Source: Eledone cirrhosa
Lineage: Eukaryota
Length of the DNA stretch: 64,000 bases
Assembly: GCA_964016885.1 (NCBI GenBank)
Contig: OZ024741.1
Coordinates: 216,938,001-217,002,000 of the forward strand
Reading direction: 5' to 3'
A model generated the notes under the pieces. It did not search any database, had not been told where the DNA came from, and saw nothing but the letters and a program-made list of their open reading frames with translations. The first letter of the stretch is position 1; each line of letters begins with the position of its first letter. The position numbers and the translations under genes were made by a program. Shown here one piece after another: positions 59,751-64,000 of this stretch.

Positions 59751-62700
59751 AATATTCTATCATACTATTTCATTATAATACCATTATATATATTTTAAAG
59801 GATTGTAAATAAAACGAGTAAATCAGACAAAGTTGGAATTCCTCTTATTAATATAATCTTCTATACACAATCATACACACCCGTGTATATTTACCTATCT
59901 ATATCTATATATATAAATATATATACACATATATGTGTACATAGACACATACATACACATCAATATACACTCGTACAAAAATATACATACATGCAAAGAG
60001 AAAAGCGTGCTAATTGTAGTTATGGCAAAAAGAAGGTAAAGTAACATTGTAGTAGTGAAATGAGAAAAACTAGGATCTAGGATCAAATGATTGCAGCAGC
60101 TGAGAAGGAGTAAGATTGTTGGTAGATGAGGTATTTACAGACAATTGTGTGGTATAGACTTGTGAAGGAAATAGTATACTTAATGAATATATTTCTGTGG
60201 GTAGTAGGTATCCTAATTTAAAGCTATGTTATGTTGGTTCGATTCACGGAGGTTTGAATCTTATGAATTTAGTGGCTATACTATGTCTGCAGAAGATAGA
60301 TCTTTCTAACTTATTATTAAGTAGCCTTTTAACATTTCTAAGGATATACAATAGCTCAAGATCACACAGCCCGCAATAGGACATCCCTGTACTATAGGTT
60401 TTAGCAGCCGACAACTTCGACCAGTTGATAGTGTAGCTAGCGTTGCTGTCCTTCAATTCCCATATTTTTCTGGCGAGGGTGGTGGAACCCATAAGTGCTC
60501 GATTTTTCATTGAGTGCCTGTGCACATACCATCTTTTCTTAAAAGAACCCGCGGTGGATCCTATGTAATTCCAGGTGGAGTTACCCGAGATGACAGTGCA
60601 CATGTACACCAGGCTCGAATCGAGACATCTGTTCGCCAATGGGCACCTATCTGGGAGGTGACAGTTGCAGTTTGAGGCGCTATTTTGTGCAGCTTTTACA
60701 TTCCTATTTAGTACCCTGTTATAAGTGGGTTGTGATATATGCCCCATGGGGTTTTGCTGCTGCGCGTTTGTATGCGCTTGTGGTTGTGATGTTGTGATGA
60801 GTTTGTGCTTATGTATAGGTGCAATTGATTTACTTGAGATATTTCTGTGGTTGATCTTGCGTATGTGTGATTCTATGTTAGCTGCTGTTGAGAAAGAGAG
60901 TTTTATAGTAGATCTATTGAGTATTTTGTGATATCTATGCGAGATAGGGAAGTGTTTATCTATTAGTTTAAAGAATGTAGAGGGCAGTCTAGTTTTTATA
61001 GAGGAGTTGAATATTGGGTTGAACCATAGGTATTTTCTTTGTCTGTTTCTTCTATTGTTTCTAGGGTTTACGTTATTAGTGTTTTGGCCGTTTACTCTAG
61101 GTGTTACATGTCTAACCCTATGTCTAGTCAAGCTATTCCTATTATTATGTGAGCGGTTGGAGTAGAAATTACTAGGATTGTTTATGTTGTCCTTATTCAC
61201 TATATACTGTAGTTTATCTTATGACCGGCCCTACTTAATGCTGCATTATAATAGTCAGCATGCTCGTTAAAGATTTCTAGGTTTGAGGATAGGCGGGATA
61301 TTCGGAGGGATATACTACGTGCTATGGATTTAATTATGGATTTGGGGTGATTTGAGTTGTAACTAATGTAGGCAAGATTTTCATTATTTTTGTGGAAAGG
61401 TTCTATTAATCCAGTATTTAGATTTAGAGTTACATCTAGAAAATTTACCTTCTTATGGTTTAGTTCGTAGGTAATACTTAGGCCTAGTTTTTTGAAGAAT
61501 ATTCTAATATTTTTCCTTAGTCTTTCCATGCTCTGGTTGTTTAGGTTCCTAGCTATAAGTAACGTGTCGTCCCTATAAATTCCTCCTTGGAGGTTACTGA
61601 ATTCCTTATGTAGGTTGTGTGCTATGAATAGCCCCACGATATCTGTAATTTGCGCAGAATCATTTGATCCCATTGTAATATCGAAGCTATTTATTCTATC
61701 CTTTCTTACCCAGTAGTTATTTTCAAATTTTACGATAGTCCTTCTAGCCGCTATTATTATTTCAATTTCATCATGGGTAAGATTAGAGTTATTTTGGGCA
61801 AATATAAGCGCCTTATCTAGGGTAGCTGGGGATATGGATGCATAATAGTCGTCTATATCAAATTGTATGAAGTTACACGTCTCCCTATTTTGTATTTTAT
61901 TGAACCATTTAATTGCCTCGTTAGTGTTGCCCCATAAATTGATTTCTAGTTTACCCTTTATTTGTGCGATTACCCTATCTAGAATGTTTTTGCTAATTTT
62001 ACCTATGTCTGACTTGGATGGGCATATTAATCTAATGGTGGGATTAGTTTCAAAGTTATTTTTGTGATCTTTCAGGTTAAATGTAGGGTTGCACGGGGTA
62101 AGCGGTTCGGTCCTATCTGAAATTCCGAGTTTATTAACTATCTTGAGGCCCTCCATGTTTATGCTGGTGAGTGTAGATTCATATGTTTTTTTATATTTTT
62201 TATGTAGTTCACGCTGAATAAAGTTATTGTATGTGTTAATGTCCATAGAGTATACGTTTGATGTTTTGTCTGCTTTTACTATGATACCGTTAATGTCTTT
62301 TAGTTTTTTAAGTAATGTATTTAAGTCATTTTGCAATTTGTTGTGATTTGTTCTTTTTTTAAATTTAGTTTCACTTATCATGTTCATAAGGTCCAGCTCG
62401 AAGGCATCGAGTGCGGGGTTGTTTGGCGGGTTTTTGCAGGATTTAAACCCGTAATTCTCCTTGGAAAATTCCCTTCTGTTGGTATTCGGTCCCTTATCGA
62501 AATGGTAAGCTTTCCATCGGACCCTGCGGATGAAATCATTAGTCCGTCGTATCATGCCCAGTGTATAGTCCTTTTTTGTAGGTACAGGTTTGTTTTTTTA
62601 GTGACATACCTATACAGTGCTTCTCCATGTTGTTGCCGTGCGTTAATGGTGTTGCTCGACCAGGTGGGAGCTAAATATACGGATTAACAAATAATAGTTA

Positions 62701-62959
62701 AATGCAGTCCACTTAGGTGAAGTCCAGTTATGGTATTCCAGGTAGTGGATGATATTAACGCTTGGCTTGGTTTGACTCAACAAGGCGTTTTCATAGTGAT
62801 GCTGCGGGTGTGCTGTAATTCCTATGTTGTAAACACTTGGAGTAATAATGAATCAGGAAAGAAGGTTTACATGGTTTGCTATAAAAAAAAGTTTTTAATC
62901 ACATAGCTTACTGTCTAGAGATCGCTATCCGCCTAATTTTGCGTCACTCGATAATAATT

Positions 62960-63385
62960 GTTGTTGTTATTGTTCTAATTGAATGCCATAACTACTCCAT
63001 ATTTTCTTTTCTTTTCTTGCCTGTGTATTTTCTTCATTCTCGCATGCTCCGAAGATCTGACTGGTTATAATTCTGTATTGGCGATCGAGTGACGCAAAAT
63101 TAGGCGGATAGCGATCTCTAGACAGACCAGTTCAGTGAAACAAATGTAAGCTATGTGATTAAAAACTTTTTTGTATAGCAAACCATGTAAACCTTCTTTC
63201 CTGATTTATTATTACTCCAAGTGTTTACAACATAGGAATTACAGCACACCCGCAGCATCACTATGAAAACGCCTTGTTGAGTCAAACCAAGCAAACCAAG
63301 CCAAGCGTTAATATCATCCACTACCTGGAATACCATAACTGGACTTCACCTAAGTGGACTGCATTTAACTATTATTTGTTAATCC

Positions 63386-63386
<1 letters not shown>
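62960..63386 (+). mobile_element. Inverted pLTR at the 5' end of the Naiad element
   Basis: 63146-63386 is the reverse complement of 62678-62911. Confidence 0.9.
63043..63155 (+). ncRNA. Hammerhead with CCGAAGA core and expanded stem II
   Basis: CAUGCU-CCGAAGA-uCUGACUGGU...ACCAGuUCAGu-GAAA-CAAAUG-UA-AGCuAUG. Confidence 0.75.
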
Positions 63387-63434
<48 letters not shown>

Positions 63435-64000
63435 AGTATGTATGTATGTATGTATACGTACATACATATATGTATACAGACGTACAGTAGTATGTATATA
63501 TATACATACATGCACACATATATATATATATGCACGTATCGGTTTACCGAACATTTATTATAATGCTCGGTTTGTTTGTAATATATATATATATGCATAC
63601 GTATATATATCGTAACATACAGCACGTCTTGTACTTTAAAACTCGCCAAGTCTGAACACATTCGTTTTCTTTTAGAGTAAGAAAAGGTTAGAGTGAGGGG
63701 GAGTGGGAAAAGATATAAAGGAAGAATCGACCCTAGTGATGGACTGGTACTTTTTCTTTCTTCTTTTTTATGTTTCGAAAAGATGAAAAGCAAAGTTGAC
63801 CTCGGCGAGATTTGAACTTAGTGAGCTCAGACTGCCGGGACCAGTACCGCAAAGCATTCTAACCACCATTCTAATGAGTCTACCTATTTGTCTCCTTTAC
63901 GTAAATCTAAGTACATAAATATCTTACAACAATATAAGAGTACGAAACACTATTACGTATAACATGTTATCTGAATCGGAACTGTAACTCTGCCGTTCAT

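Larger units (their letters stand above)
56020..59890 (+). mobile_element. Neptune-type Penelope-like element (ORF1 plus RT-GIY-YIG)
   Basis: IINLS, SKGLKFTPTP, ADKGGAVV, RPIIAGP, GTAMGT, RYLDD, C..RCGTC and NLIYCIKC..C..LYVGQT. Flanked by TA/CA microsatellite. Confidence 0.93.

Noticed and set aside
60244-61200. Internal selenocysteine codons in the Naiad ORFs
   Set aside because: The conserved Cys positions I could read are TGT/TGC in this copy and in the 8684 and 23712 copies, and I found no canonical SECIS by eye.

Overview
AT-rich, microsatellite-dense eukaryotic (animal) DNA. The short interspersed repeats and the repeat mix look like octopus/coleoid cephalopod, which is recognition rather than proof. 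Most of the window is retroelement-derived. One host gene can be assembled on the + strand from three phase-consistent exons (2763-2873, 17218-17506, 19398-20044; 348 aa). It encodes a secreted protein with a degenerate AA15-LPMO/chitin-binding-type-4-like domain that lacks the N-terminal catalytic His, plus two Cys-rich WC..NC..G.CP..HC.C modules. Mobile elements comprise four Naiad-type and one Neptune-type Penelope-like element (PLE), three families of R4/Dong-type RLE LINEs (one intact 1130-aa ORF), a full-length Tx1/L1-type LINE, an RTE LINE ending in three C2H2 fingers, a CRE fragment, SINEs, Helitron/MITE pieces and minisatellites. Four signals are not visible in the ORF track. (1) About 15 type I hammerhead-ribozyme motifs lie in PLE termini, including non-canonical cores and an expanded stem II with a conserved UGA/GA (K-turn/SECIS-core-like) module. 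(2) A U_UUU_UUA -1 frameshift site joins ORF1 to the RT-GIY-YIG ORF of the Neptune-type PLE. (3) LINEs of two unrelated clades are piled into (TTA)n arrays across about 17 kb. (4) A pre-miRNA-like hairpin lies upstream of the gene.
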